Shown: positions 32,101-43,527, numbered from the stretch's first letter. The stretch is 64,000 bases of DNA from Spirochaetia bacterium (GCA_965199955.1 CBDATQ010000002.1:1248001-1312000), one strand, 5' to 3'. Program-made: numbers and translations. Notes: generated from the letters alone by a model not told the origin.

Positions 32101-33162
32101 TCACTCGACGGGCAACTGAGCGACGACGCCCGCGTGGTTGGACGGCCACAGACCGGTGGGCAGCCGGTCGTCCGGCTTGTCGCCGACCGTGAGGGTCTGG
32201 ATGGAACTGGCCGGGTGCAAGGCCATGCCCTTCACGAAGATCTGGTCGATCCGCTTGTTCAGCTCGCTCGTCTCGTTCCGGAGGTCGGCCGCCTGGCAGC
32301 AGGTAGCTCCGTCTCCCTCGGCGTCGGACTGCCAGACGTCGACGTAGCCGGCCTCCAGGATGAGCTGGTATGCGGCTCCATCCGGGGCCGGCGTGTTGAA
32401 GTCCCCCAGGAGGATGACCGGGAGCTCCTCACCCGCCAGGGCGTCCACCAGCTCCTGCGCTTGCGCGACCCGCGAACCCGGATCGACCGCCTCCAGGTGC
32501 GTGTTCACGATCCGGTAGGTGACGTCGTCGATGGTGGCGTCGATGGCGACGTAGCCTCGCATGACGTGCAGCCCGAGCGGCGCGATCGGCAGCCCCGCTG
32601 CGTAGCTCGCGGTCGTGGGCCGCGACACGACGACATCGCCGCGGGCCAGGATCACGTCGAAGTCGGTCAGGCGCACGTCCGTGACCTTGCCGTCGCGGAG
32701 CATGGGCATCTCGAGATCCAGGTTCTGGACCTTCGCGGCGACCTGGTAGTCCAGGCCTTCCGCCCGCAGCGCGTTCATGAGGAGCTCGAGGTAGTCGAGA
32801 TCGATCTCCTCGGCGTTCGGCTCCCGGTTGGTGAGGAAGTCGCCCGGGTCCTGCCGCCGGATCAGCTCGACCTCCTGCAGGCCGATGACGTGCGGGTGCG
32901 ACTCCTTGACGATGGCGGCGATCGACGCGGCGCGCGCCGGGAAGTCGGAGGCGACGACGTTGCCGTACAGCTCGCCGACGACCATCGGAATCTGGAACAG
33001 ATTCGTCGTTTCCAGCGCCGGCTCCGCGCTGCTGCCCACGTAGAGGTTGTACGTCATCACCGTCACGGGAACCTCCGGGGCCTGCTCGATCGTCCGGCAT
33101 CCCGCCAGGACGAGCAGCAGTGCGAACAGCGACAGCGGGATGATGGCGGAGAGCTTTGGCAT
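32101..33162 (-). CDS. Endonuclease/exonuclease/phosphatase-family lipoprotein
   Basis: LAGC lipobox, MTYN, GLQEV, NTHL, GDFN, RIDQIF, SNH. Confidence 0.85.
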   Translation of the reverse strand: MPKLSAIIPLSLFALLLVLAGCRTIEQAPEVPVTVMTYNLYVGSSAEPALETTNLFQIPMVVGELYGNVVASDFPARAASIAAIVKESHPHVIGLQEVELIRRQDPGDFLTNREPNAEEIDLDYLELLMNALRAEGLDYQVAAKVQNLDLEMPMLRDGKVTDVRLTDFDVILARGDVVVSRPTTASYAAGLPIAPLGLHVMRGYVAIDATIDDVTYRIVNTHLEAVDPGSRVAQAQELVDALAGEELPVILLGDFNTPAPDGAAYQLILEAGYVDVWQSDAEGDGATCCQAADLRNETSELNKRIDQIFVKGMALHPASSIQTLTVGDKPDDRLPTGLWPSNHAGVVAQLPVE

Positions 33163-33298
33163 GGGTTCCTCCGATCGGGCCGCGCCGAGCAGGCGGCGCC
33201 GAGTCGGGCCGAGGGTAGAACACCGATTACGGACGAGCAATGCGGGGTGGGCAGACTCGGCCTGGAACGGGCCGGGCGTTTCCGGCATCCTGCGCGCC

Positions 33299-34159
33299 AT
33301 GCTGATAGACGCTCACAACCACCCGAACTGGCACGGCCACGACGCGGACCGGCTCCTCGCCAACATGGAGGAGCACGGTATCGACCAGATGTGGCTGTTC
33401 TCCTGGGAGGTGCCCGCCACCGACTACAGCCCCAGCTACCATGCCCATCTGCCGCCCGGCGGCGTGGGCATTCCGCTTGCGGATGTCCTGAACGTCGGTC
33501 GGGCGGCCCCGGACCGTTTCGTGCTCGGCTACATGCCGGACGTCAAGCGCCCGGACGCCATCGACCGGATCAAGGCGGCGGTGGAAATCCACGGCATCCG
33601 CGTTGCGTCCGAACTCAAGCAGCGCGTGCTGTTCGATGACCCGGACGCCCTGGACATCTACCACTTCTGCGGCGAGCAGAAGCTGCCGATCACCATCCAC
33701 CTCGACTACCCGATCCCCAACGGACAGCGCTATCCGCGCCCGAACTGGTGGTACGGCGGCTCCCTGGACAGCTTCGAGCGGGCCGTCGCCGCGTGTCCGG
33801 AAACGATCTTCATCGGCCACGCGCCCGGGTTCTGGGGGCACATCTCCGGCGACGACCGCTGCATGACCGAGTCGTACCCGAAGGGGCCGGTCAAGCCGGG
33901 CGGACGGGTGCTCCACCTGCTGGACACCTATCCCAACCTGTACGCCGACCTGTCGGCCGGGTCCGGCCTGACGGCGATCTCCCGCGATCCCGAGTTCGGC
34001 AAGCAGTTCCTGATCCGCTACCAGGACCGCCTGCTGTTCGCCCGCGACTACATCGACGGCCGCCTGATGGATTTCCTCAAGACCCTGAACCTGGAGCGGG
34101 AAGTGTTCGACAAGATCGCCTACCGCAACGCCCAGCGCCTGCTCGGGGAGGCGGAGTAG
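33299..34159 (+). CDS. Amidohydrolase_2 family protein
   Basis: IDAHNH, PITIH, FIGH, NLYADLSA, DRLLFARD. Confidence 0.85.
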   Translation: MLIDAHNHPNWHGHDADRLLANMEEHGIDQMWLFSWEVPATDYSPSYHAHLPPGGVGIPLADVLNVGRAAPDRFVLGYMPDVKRPDAIDRIKAAVEIHGIRVASELKQRVLFDDPDALDIYHFCGEQKLPITIHLDYPIPNGQRYPRPNWWYGGSLDSFERAVAACPETIFIGHAPGFWGHISGDDRCMTESYPKGPVKPGGRVLHLLDTYPNLYADLSAGSGLTAISRDPEFGKQFLIRYQDRLLFARDYIDGRLMDFLKTLNLEREVFDKIAYRNAQRLLGEAE

Positions 34160-34179
34160 GTCCGAGCGTGGCTGGCGAC

Positions 34180-35112
34180 ATGGAGTACCGCCGCTTCGGC
34201 GCGCACGAGATTTCGGCCCTGGTGCTGGGGACGGTGCAATTCGGCCTGGACTACGGGGTGGCCAACACGACCGGGAAGCCGTCGCAGGCGACCGTGAGCC
34301 GTATGCTCGCCACGGCGTTCGAGGCGGGCGTGAACACGCTGGACACCGCCTCGATGTACAACCAGGCCGAGAGCGTGCTCGGCCGGGCTCTCGGCGACCT
34401 TGGGATGCGCGACCGCATCTTCATCTGCAGCAAGGCGCGCCCGCACCCGGAGATGGCCGGGGCGCCCGAGGAACAGATCACCGCCGCCGTGGAGCGGTCG
34501 CTGCGCGTCCTGGGGGTGGAGCGGATCGGGCTCTACCTTCTGCATGGCTACCATGCGCTGCCGTACGTGGGGGCGCTCTACCGCAAGCGCGAGGCGGGCG
34601 ACATCGGTGCGGTCGGAGTTTCCGTGTACTCGGCGGAGGAGGCGCTCGGGGCGATCGCCACGCCCGGCATCGACGCCATCCAGCATCCGGTCAGCGTGCT
34701 CGACCAGCGGTTCCTGCGCGCCGGGGTGCTGGAGCGGGCGGCGAAGGCCGGGGTCGCGATCTTCGCCCGCAGCGTCTACCTGCAGGGCGTGGTGACCATG
34801 GCCATCCCGGAGCTGCCCGGGCCGATCGCGGAGGTCGGCAGGACGCTTGCACGGCTGCGGGAGCTGGCGGGCAAGCTGACGATCGAGGAGCTGGCGCTCC
34901 GCTACGTCGCGTCGCTATCGGGCGTCACCGGCGTGGTGGTGGGTATGGAGACGCACGAGCAGATGGAGCGCAACCTGGCCGCCGCCCTGGCCGGTCCCCT
35001 GGACGGCCCGCTCCTGGAGGCGATCGGAGAGGCGGTGCCCGACCTTCCGGACGACATCATCAACCCCGGGCACTGGCGGTGGATCCGGGACTACGACTGG
35101 GGTACGCGTTGA
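34180..35112 (+). CDS. Aldo/keto reductase
   Basis: LGTVQFGLDYG, DTASMY, CSK, YLLH, ARSVYLQG. Confidence 0.88.
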   Translation: MEYRRFGAHEISALVLGTVQFGLDYGVANTTGKPSQATVSRMLATAFEAGVNTLDTASMYNQAESVLGRALGDLGMRDRIFICSKARPHPEMAGAPEEQITAAVERSLRVLGVERIGLYLLHGYHALPYVGALYRKREAGDIGAVGVSVYSAEEALGAIATPGIDAIQHPVSVLDQRFLRAGVLERAAKAGVAIFARSVYLQGVVTMAIPELPGPIAEVGRTLARLRELAGKLTIEELALRYVASLSGVTGVVVGMETHEQMERNLAAALAGPLDGPLLEAIGEAVPDLPDDIINPGHWRWIRDYDWGTR

Positions 35113-35134
35113 GGCAGCGCGCTGCGCCACGACT

Positions 35135-35667
35135 TCACCGAGTCGGTCTCAGGAGACGGCGTACGAAAGGCGGCCAGCCGAGGGCGAACGCCTTCAGCAC
35201 GATGAGGTCCTCCGCTGAGCAGGTATGCAGGCGGATCTCGGCGAGAAAGCGGTAGGCGGTCGCGCGTTCGATGACGCGCTCCTCGACGGCAGTGCCGCAA
35301 GGAAAATGTCGATGGGGATGCCCGCCGCGTACTTGAGCAGGAGCACTCGGTGCCGTAGTGCGAATGCGGCAGCGTCCTCAACGCGCTGGGGATACCTGCG
35401 ACAGAGTTCGGTGACGTACCCCGCTTCGTCGCCGAAGCCGGTGAGAATCGTGAGATCGACGTCCCCGGTGAGCCGCGGCTCGCCCCACCGCTGAAGCGCC
35501 AGGCCGCCGATGAAGCAGAACCGCCAACTGCGGGCTTGGCAGAACCCCTGGACGGCAGCCACGTCGACATCGCTGAGCTCCTCGCGTCGCAGGTGCTCAA
35601 GCCGGGCGCCTCCGATCCGCCATCGTTCGACGAACGCTCGCAGTACGGCGTCAGAGGCCCCTGTCAT
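35135..35667 (-). pseudogene. Decayed nucleotidyltransferase (AbiEii/MNT-like) toxin-antitoxin pair, fused and frameshifted
   Basis: FCFIGGLALQRWGEPRLTGDVD..IPIDI; after a frameshift near 35285 continues EERVIERA..TCSAEDLIVLKAFA. Confidence 0.7.
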
Positions 35668-35713
35668 GTCGCCGGACGGGGCGCCCGAGCCTGGGCTTCG
35701 ACCGATGCCGCTT

Positions 35714-37058
<1,345 letters not shown>

Positions 37059-37136
37059 CGTGGGAGTCCAAGTCGACTATAGCAGCCGGTGCCCCGCGGA
37101 GCGCCGGTGCACGCCGCCGCGCTATCATTCGCCCCG

Positions 37137-38579
37137 ATGACGAACATGAACGTCGTGTGCATATGCCTGGACACGTTTCGGGCGGACATCGTGGGGGAGG
37201 GGAAGAAGTACAGCCACGTCCGGACCCCCAATCTCGATGCCCTGGCCGCGCAGAGCATCCGCTTCACGCGCGCCTTCGGGGAGTGCCAGCCGACGCTGCA
37301 GATCCGTCGCGGACTGTTCACCGGCCGGCGCAGCTTGCCGTTCCGCTACCACTTCGACCGCCGCGGCCACTGGCACCACGCGCCGGGGTGGCACAAGATC
37401 CCGCCCGACCAGGACACCATCGCCGAGGTGCTGCTGGCGCGCGGTTACGTCACCGCCCTGATCGCCGACACCTACCACATGTTCAAGCCGACCATGAACT
37501 ACTCCCGCGGCTTCGCCCATCTCGACTTCGTCCGCGGGCAGGAATCGGACAACTGGAAGAGCGGCGACCCGCGCCTGATCGAGCGACAGCTCCGTAACCA
37601 CGTCCGTGAGCCGATCGATTGGCCGCGGCACGCCACCCTGGTCAACTACCTGCTCAACCAGCGCCACCGGCGGTCGGAGGACGAGTACAGTTGCGCGCGC
37701 GTGTTCCGCGCGGCGTGCGATTGGCTGCACGACAACCGCGCGATGAAGCCGTTCTTCCTCTGGATCGACAGCTTCGATCCGCACGAGCCGTGGGATCCGC
37801 CGAAGGCGTATGCCGATCTCTACTGTCCGGACTATTCGGGCAAGGACTTCATCATGCCCGGCGCCGCGCAGGAGGACGGCGCCACGGAGGATGAGCTGCG
37901 CCGCATCGAAGCGCTCTACCTGGGCGAGGTCACGTTCGTGGACAAGTGGGTCGGTGCGTTGCTGGACACGCTGGAGGAGCTGAAGCTGTTCGACGACACG
38001 CTGGTGGTCTTCGTGTCCGATCACGGCACGCAGCTCCGCGACCAGGGCCGCTTCGGCAAGTCGGGCCGGGAGTTGCATCCGTTCAACACGCAGTTGAATC
38101 TGTGCCTGCGCCATCCGGGTGGTCCGGCCGATCGCGACGTCACGGCGCTGGTGCAGAACCACGACCTGATGCCGACCATTCTTGCGCGGCTCGGGATCCC
38201 GTGCGGCTGGACCGACGGCCGGGATCTCTGGCCGCTGGTGACCGGTGAGAAGACGGCGATCCGGGAGCGGATCGTCACCGGCTGGGCGGACGGCTCGTCC
38301 GGCAACGCGCGGGCGCGCGCGAGCGTCCGCGACGACCGCTGGAACTACTGCACGGCGGTCGGTTACGAGGACGAGGACGGGGACGAGTTGTTCGACCTCG
38401 CCGTCGACCCGGAAGAGCGCCGCAACGTCGTGGGCGACCATCCGCGGGTGGTGGCCGAGTGCCGCGCCGAGGTGGAGGCCCTGATCGGCCAGCCGCTTCC
38501 CGGCACGATGGTGGAGGTGTCCGACCCGGCCGCGGGGCCGATGATCGAGTGGCTGAACCGCAGGCTGCGCGAGCTGTAG
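37137..38579 (+). CDS. Sulfatase / alkaline-phosphatase superfamily hydrolase
   Basis: CLDTFRAD, RTPNLD, FDPHEPW, SDHG, ELFDL; active-site segment PTLQIRRGLFTG. Confidence 0.88.
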   Translation: MTNMNVVCICLDTFRADIVGEGKKYSHVRTPNLDALAAQSIRFTRAFGECQPTLQIRRGLFTGRRSLPFRYHFDRRGHWHHAPGWHKIPPDQDTIAEVLLARGYVTALIADTYHMFKPTMNYSRGFAHLDFVRGQESDNWKSGDPRLIERQLRNHVREPIDWPRHATLVNYLLNQRHRRSEDEYSCARVFRAACDWLHDNRAMKPFFLWIDSFDPHEPWDPPKAYADLYCPDYSGKDFIMPGAAQEDGATEDELRRIEALYLGEVTFVDKWVGALLDTLEELKLFDDTLVVFVSDHGTQLRDQGRFGKSGRELHPFNTQLNLCLRHPGGPADRDVTALVQNHDLMPTILARLGIPCGWTDGRDLWPLVTGEKTAIRERIVTGWADGSSGNARARASVRDDRWNYCTAVGYEDEDGDELFDLAVDPEERRNVVGDHPRVVAECRAEVEALIGQPLPGTMVEVSDPAAGPMIEWLNRRLREL

Positions 38580-38581
38580 CG

Positions 38582-38999
38582 ATGCACGAAGTCACCCCAA
38601 CGGCGGCGGAACGCGCCGCGGAGCGGTTCGGTGATTCCGCGCTGCAGCGGGCGGTCACGGCGTTGCTGGCCGACGGCTACCTGGTGATCGACGACGTGAT
38701 CGACCACGCCCACTTCGACCGGCTGCAGGAGCGGATGAGCCAGGACCTGGAGAAGATCCGCGCCATGCCGGTGGTGCCGCACGACTTCTTGTGGGGCAAC
38801 ATCCAGCAGCCACCACCCCCTGATGCCGGCCTGGTGTTCCGCGACGTGATGGCCAACCCGTTCGTGTGCCAGGTGACCCGCGCGGTGCTGGCGCGGCGTT
38901 CAACAACACCCTGACCGGCAACACCAACATCCCCGGCAGCGGGCTGCAGCCCGTGCACGTCGACGACGGTCAGCTCTGGCCGAACCTGATCGCATCATG
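38582..38999 (+). pseudogene. PhyH-family Fe(II)/2-oxoglutarate dioxygenase, frameshifted and 3'-truncated
   Basis: DGYLVIDDVI..ANPFVCQV; after a frameshift near 38890 reads NNTLTGNTNIPGSGLQPVHVD then stops. Confidence 0.78.
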
Positions 39000-39078
39000 A
39001 CATCAAATGCCGGTTGGAAGTGATCAGCAGTACCGCCGATGCCCTCCATACGGCACAGTCTGGGTTAGGCTTGTCGGA

Positions 39079-39380
39079 ATGCGCAGCACATCCGAGCACG
39101 CCCTGCTGATCGTGAAGCCGGACGGGGTGTGAGGCACCCCGAGTTGCCCGGAATGCTGGAAAGGCGGCTGGCGGACGTGTCGCTTCGCCAGGTCGCAGCA
39201 CGGGAACTGACTCTGAGCAAAGCCAAGCGCTCACGTTCTGGCGGGAAGGTGACGTCGAGGGGTACGTCGCGTACCTGCGCGAGGGTCCCTCGCGGGCGAT
39301 CGTGGTCAGGGGAAGGCAGGCCACCTGGAAGTGCCGCCGGCTCAAGTCCGAACTTCGGAAAGCGTTCCACTCTCCGCCGG
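39079..39380 (+). pseudogene. Nucleoside-diphosphate-kinase-like remnant
   Basis: Three frames join as MRSTSEHALLIVKPDGV / RHPELPGMLERRLADVSLRQVAARELTLSK / ALTFW..YVAYLREGPSRAIVVRGRQA..LRKAF. Confidence 0.6.
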
Positions 39381-39472
39381 TCTGTTCTGCGTCGGCGGCA
39401 GCAACGGGCGTCTCGCTTGGGGCAGAAACCGCGTGTCCGAGGAGATGCACGGCGCGTTGGCCGCGGCACTGG

Positions 39473-41008
39473 TCAGGCCAGGTCGCGGATGACTTCCCGA
39501 GCGGCGTTGTGTCCGGGGAGCCCGGAGATTTCGCCTCCCGGGTGCTGGCCGGCTCCGCACAGATAGAGACCGGGGAACGGCGCGCGGTAGCGGGAGAGCT
39601 CGGGGAGCGGGCGGTTCCAGAAGAGCTGGTCGCCGCCGTGCTGGATGTGCCAGATGCACCCGTCGGTAAGCCCGTTCTCCCGCTCCAGGTCGGCCGGCGT
39701 CCGCAGCTTCAGGTGGAGGATCGACCGGCGGAAGTTCGGCGCGTGGCGCGTGATCTGCTCCACCAGCCGTTCGGCAACCCGGTCGCGCACCGTGTCCCAA
39801 TTGGTGTCCCTCAGTCTGGCGGGAGCCGGGTAGATCCACGCCGAGGCCGTGTGCCGGCCCTCCGGAGCCAGCGTCGGATCGAGCGCCGACGGCACCGAGA
39901 AGTTGACAATCGGCTCGGCCGGCGGGCGGCCGGCCGAGCAGTCGGCGTACGCGCCGTCGACGACCGCCTCGGTGCGTCCCAGCCCGACCACGCCGCGGCT
40001 CGGCAGCGCCGGGTCCCCGTCCCAGGCCAGCCAGTGCGGAAGCTCGTCCACGGCCGCCAGCAGCTTGTAACAGCTCACCTCCGTGACCAGGGCGCTGACG
40101 CGGCGCCGGAGCTGCGCTTTTGTGAGCTCCCATGGTACGAGCCGAAGGAATGTCCGTTTCGGGTCCAGGTTGGACACCACGCATCGGGCCGTCGCCTCCG
40201 TGCCGTCGGCGAGCCGCACGCCGGTGACGGCCCCGCCGTCATGGAGCAGGGAGACCGCTTCGGCACTGGTGTGGATGCGGACCCTGGCTTCCTCGACTGC
40301 TTGGCGCATCAAGGAAGTGATGACGCCGATGCCGCCCTGGATGTAGCCGTTGTGCGGTGTGCTTCGCGCATCGGGACCGGCAAGGTCGATCGACCCGTAG
40401 GCCAGGGCCACCGCACCCGGATCATGTCCGATGGCGGCCGCCTCCGCCGCGTGGCGGTCGCGCAGCCGGCGGGTGGGGAGATAGCGGTGGCGGAGCTGCC
40501 TGACGGTCCGCGTCAGCGCATCTTCCAGAAGCTGGCCGTCGCCGCGCTCCGCCGCGTCGGCACGGATTTGGGCGGGGGTCGGCGGTGGCTGCAGGCGGTA
40601 CGGAGCGAACAGCTCGCACAGCCGCCGCTTCATGTCCGCGTAGCGGCGCTCCGCTTCGGCCTCTTCCGCGGTGAGTTGCAGCGACAGGTTCCGCGGGGAT
40701 TCGTGACCGGCCGGGCCCCAGTAGTCGCCGTTCGGCATCGGCGCGAGCGCCCCGGCGCGGGGAATCGCTACCATGCCGCGCTCCTCGAGCCGCAGGTCCG
40801 CCTGTATCCCGGGGTCCAGCGCGTGCACCATATGGGCGCAGGTCGAGAATCGGTACCCGGGCCACAACTCCTCCGTGATGGCCGCCCCGCCGACGAAGGA
40901 CCGGCGCTCGAAGACGCCGACCCGCAGGCCGGCGCGGGCCAGATACCAGGCAGCGGTCAGCCCATTGTGGCCGCCGCCGACGATCGCGGCGTCCATGTCA
41001 GGCTGCAT
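39473..41008 (-). CDS. Phytoene-dehydrogenase-like FAD oxidoreductase
   Basis: IVGGGHNGL, GGAAITEE, TPADLE, GLYLCGAGQHPGG..GHNAA. Confidence 0.9.
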   Translation of the reverse strand: MQPDMDAAIVGGGHNGLTAAWYLARAGLRVGVFERRSFVGGAAITEELWPGYRFSTCAHMVHALDPGIQADLRLEERGMVAIPRAGALAPMPNGDYWGPAGHESPRNLSLQLTAEEAEAERRYADMKRRLCELFAPYRLQPPPTPAQIRADAAERGDGQLLEDALTRTVRQLRHRYLPTRRLRDRHAAEAAAIGHDPGAVALAYGSIDLAGPDARSTPHNGYIQGGIGVITSLMRQAVEEARVRIHTSAEAVSLLHDGGAVTGVRLADGTEATARCVVSNLDPKRTFLRLVPWELTKAQLRRRVSALVTEVSCYKLLAAVDELPHWLAWDGDPALPSRGVVGLGRTEAVVDGAYADCSAGRPPAEPIVNFSVPSALDPTLAPEGRHTASAWIYPAPARLRDTNWDTVRDRVAERLVEQITRHAPNFRRSILHLKLRTPADLERENGLTDGCIWHIQHGGDQLFWNRPLPELSRYRAPFPGLYLCGAGQHPGGEISGLPGHNAAREVIRDLA

Positions 41009-41066
41009 CTTCAGCGATCCGGCACTCTGCGGGAGTGCAGGAACTGCCCTTCTTCGACAGGCGCCG

Positions 41067-42032
41067 CTACTTCCTGACGCCGCGGGCGTCGGCGGTTCGG
41101 CGGGAGCCGGGTCCGACGGCGGCGCGCGCGGCGTTCAGGTCCTCCCGCGACACGACCGTGCCGGCGCCGAGCGCCTCCTCGATCTGGTCCACGGTCTTGA
41201 TGCCGCAGACCGCGGTGTGGATCGACGGATGCTGCGCCGTCGCTGCCAGCGCGAGCTGGTAAATGGACAGGTTGTACCGCTCTGCGATCGGGCCCAGGCT
41301 CTGCACGTTCTCGCACAGCTCCGCGAAGCGCTCGCCCTGGAAGTCGGGATGGTGAGCGCGGAAGTCGGTGAAGGTCTCGGTGCCGCGGTACTTGCCGGAG
41401 AGCAGGCCCTTGTGCAGCGGCGAGTACGCCATCACGCCGATGTCCTCGGCCTGGCAGTACGGCAGCAGGTCGTCCTCGCCGGCCGGATCGATCATGCTGT
41501 AAGGTGCCTGCACGACGGCGTAGGCGCCGAAGCGGCGCTGCGCGCGGAGCTGCTCGACCCCGTGGTTGCTCACGCCGTAGGCGCGGATCTTGCCCTGCGC
41601 ACGCAGGCGGTCGAGTTGCCCGGCGGTCTCTTCGAGGGGTGTGAGCGGATCGAAGCCGTGCAGCAGGTACAGGTCGATCGTGTCGAGCCGCAGGCGCCCG
41701 AGGGACACCTCGCAACGGGCGGCGATGTTCTCCGCGGACAGGTCCGGCACTCGCGAGCCGTCGGGCTTGAAGCGGGCGAGCACCTTGGTGGTGATCACCA
41801 GCTCGTCGCGCGGCAGATCGGCGATCGTTTCGCCCAGCACCGTCTCCGCATGGCCGTCGCCGTACGCGTCGGCCGTGTCGAACAGGTTGATGCCGCCGTC
41901 GAAGGCACGCCGGATCGCGCGTGCGATCTCCTCGCTCGACTGCTCGCCCCAGAATCGCGGGCTGAGCTGCCAGGTGCCAAATGAGATCGGCGAGACCCGC
42001 AGGCCGCTCTGCCCGAGTTGCACGTGCTCCAT
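41067..42032 (-). CDS. Aldo/keto reductase
   Basis: FGTWQ, FDTADAYG, ITTK, IDLYLLH, AYSPLHKGLL. Confidence 0.92.
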   Translation of the reverse strand: MEHVQLGQSGLRVSPISFGTWQLSPRFWGEQSSEEIARAIRRAFDGGINLFDTADAYGDGHAETVLGETIADLPRDELVITTKVLARFKPDGSRVPDLSAENIAARCEVSLGRLRLDTIDLYLLHGFDPLTPLEETAGQLDRLRAQGKIRAYGVSNHGVEQLRAQRRFGAYAVVQAPYSMIDPAGEDDLLPYCQAEDIGVMAYSPLHKGLLSGKYRGTETFTDFRAHHPDFQGERFAELCENVQSLGPIAERYNLSIYQLALAATAQHPSIHTAVCGIKTVDQIEEALGAGTVVSREDLNAARAAVGPGSRRTADARGVRK

Positions 42033-42114
42033 GTCCCGTTCCTCCGCGCCGCAGTATAGGTCAAGCGGCCTCACCTTGATCGTGAGGCTGGCCGGCTCCT
42101 AAGCTCGGCAGTCA

Positions 42115-43518
42115 GTGGACACGGACATCCAGGCGATCGACGCGGAAGTGTACCTGCTGCCGGTGACGACGCGGGTGCCGCTGAAGTTCGGCGCCGAAGC
42201 GTTGACCTCCGTGACCTGTGTGCGCGTGTCGCTGCAGGTGCAGAACGCTGCCGGCCGCCGGGCGATGGGGTGGGGCGAGACTCCGCTGAGCGTGCAGTGG
42301 GCGTGGCCGGGCGAGCTGCCCTACCAGGTGCGGCACGACCTGATGCGCGGTCTCTGCCTGCTGATCGCGGCCGATTGGCGCGATGCGGGGTTCTCCGGGC
42401 ACCCGGTTGAGGTGGGGTATGCATTCCTGCAGGAGCGGCTGCCGGCCCTGGTCCAGCGGATCAACCGCGGCCGGAATCCGGCGGCGCGCATGCCTCGGCT
42501 CGCCGCGCTGGTGTGCGCGTCGGCGTTCGACCTGGCCCTGCACGACGCGTTCGGCGTCCTGCACGGCGTGCCGGCTTACGCGACTTACAACCGGCGCTAT
42601 CTGAACCACGACCTGAGCCGATACCTGACGCCCGCGGCCGGCAGCGGCATGTCGTTCGCGGGCACGTATCCGGAGGACTTCCTGCGGCCGCGCCACGACG
42701 AGCTGCCGGCGTGGCACCTGGTCGGGGGGCTGGACCCGGTGGAGCCGGCCGAGCTGGACGGGAGCGAGCCGGACGACGGTTACCCGGTGCTGCTGCGCGA
42801 TTGGGTACGGCGCGACGGGCTCGTCTGCCTGAAGGTCAAGCTGCGTGGCACGGACGAGGCGTGGGACTACGGCCGGCTGGTGCAGGTGGGCTCGCTGGCC
42901 GTCGAGGAGGGGGTGGCGTGGCTGTCGGCCGACTTCAACTGCACGGTCGCCGACCCTGCCTACGTGACCGGCATCCTCGACCGGCTGCTGCGCGAGCAGC
43001 CGCGGATCTACGGCATGCTTCTGTACGTGGAGCAGCCCTTCTCGTACGACCTGGAGCGCGACCGCCTGGACGTGCGCAGCGTGGCGGCGCGCAAGCCGCT
43101 GTTCATGGACGAGAGCGCCCACGACTGGGAAATGGTGCGTCTGGGTCGCGAGCTCGGCTGGTCCGGCGTGGCGCTGAAGACCTGCAAGACGCAGACCGGC
43201 GCGCTGCTCAGCCTCTGCTGGGCGCATGCGCACGGCATGACGTTGATGGTTCAGGACCTGACCAACCCCATGCTGGCACAGATCCCGCACGTGCTGCTGG
43301 CGGCGCACGCGCCGACCATCATGGGCGTGGAGACGAACACCATGCAGTTCTATCCCGATGCTTCCGCTCCGGAAGCCGCCGTTCACGCGGGGCTGTACCG
43401 CCGCGCACGGGGCCGGCTGGACCTGTCCACCGTGACCGGTCCTGGGTTCGGGTATCGCCTCGACGAGATCGATCGACGCCTGCCCGAGGCGGAGACGGGC
43501 GTCGCCGGCAGCGGGTGA
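42115..43518 (+). CDS. Enolase superfamily (mandelate racemase/MLE-like) protein
   Basis: TRVPLKFG, AFDLALHD, LKVKL, VEQP, MDES, LKTCK. Confidence 0.8.
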   Translation: MDTDIQAIDAEVYLLPVTTRVPLKFGAEALTSVTCVRVSLQVQNAAGRRAMGWGETPLSVQWAWPGELPYQVRHDLMRGLCLLIAADWRDAGFSGHPVEVGYAFLQERLPALVQRINRGRNPAARMPRLAALVCASAFDLALHDAFGVLHGVPAYATYNRRYLNHDLSRYLTPAAGSGMSFAGTYPEDFLRPRHDELPAWHLVGGLDPVEPAELDGSEPDDGYPVLLRDWVRRDGLVCLKVKLRGTDEAWDYGRLVQVGSLAVEEGVAWLSADFNCTVADPAYVTGILDRLLREQPRIYGMLLYVEQPFSYDLERDRLDVRSVAARKPLFMDESAHDWEMVRLGRELGWSGVALKTCKTQTGALLSLCWAHAHGMTLMVQDLTNPMLAQIPHVLLAAHAPTIMGVETNTMQFYPDASAPEAAVHAGLYRRARGRLDLSTVTGPGFGYRLDEIDRRLPEAETGVAGSG

Positions 43519-43527
43519 CCGCCCTCG

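Noticed and set aside
39127..39132. Selenocysteine or readthrough at the TGA after KPDGV
   Set aside because: Similarity continues in another frame, so it is a frameshift and not recoding
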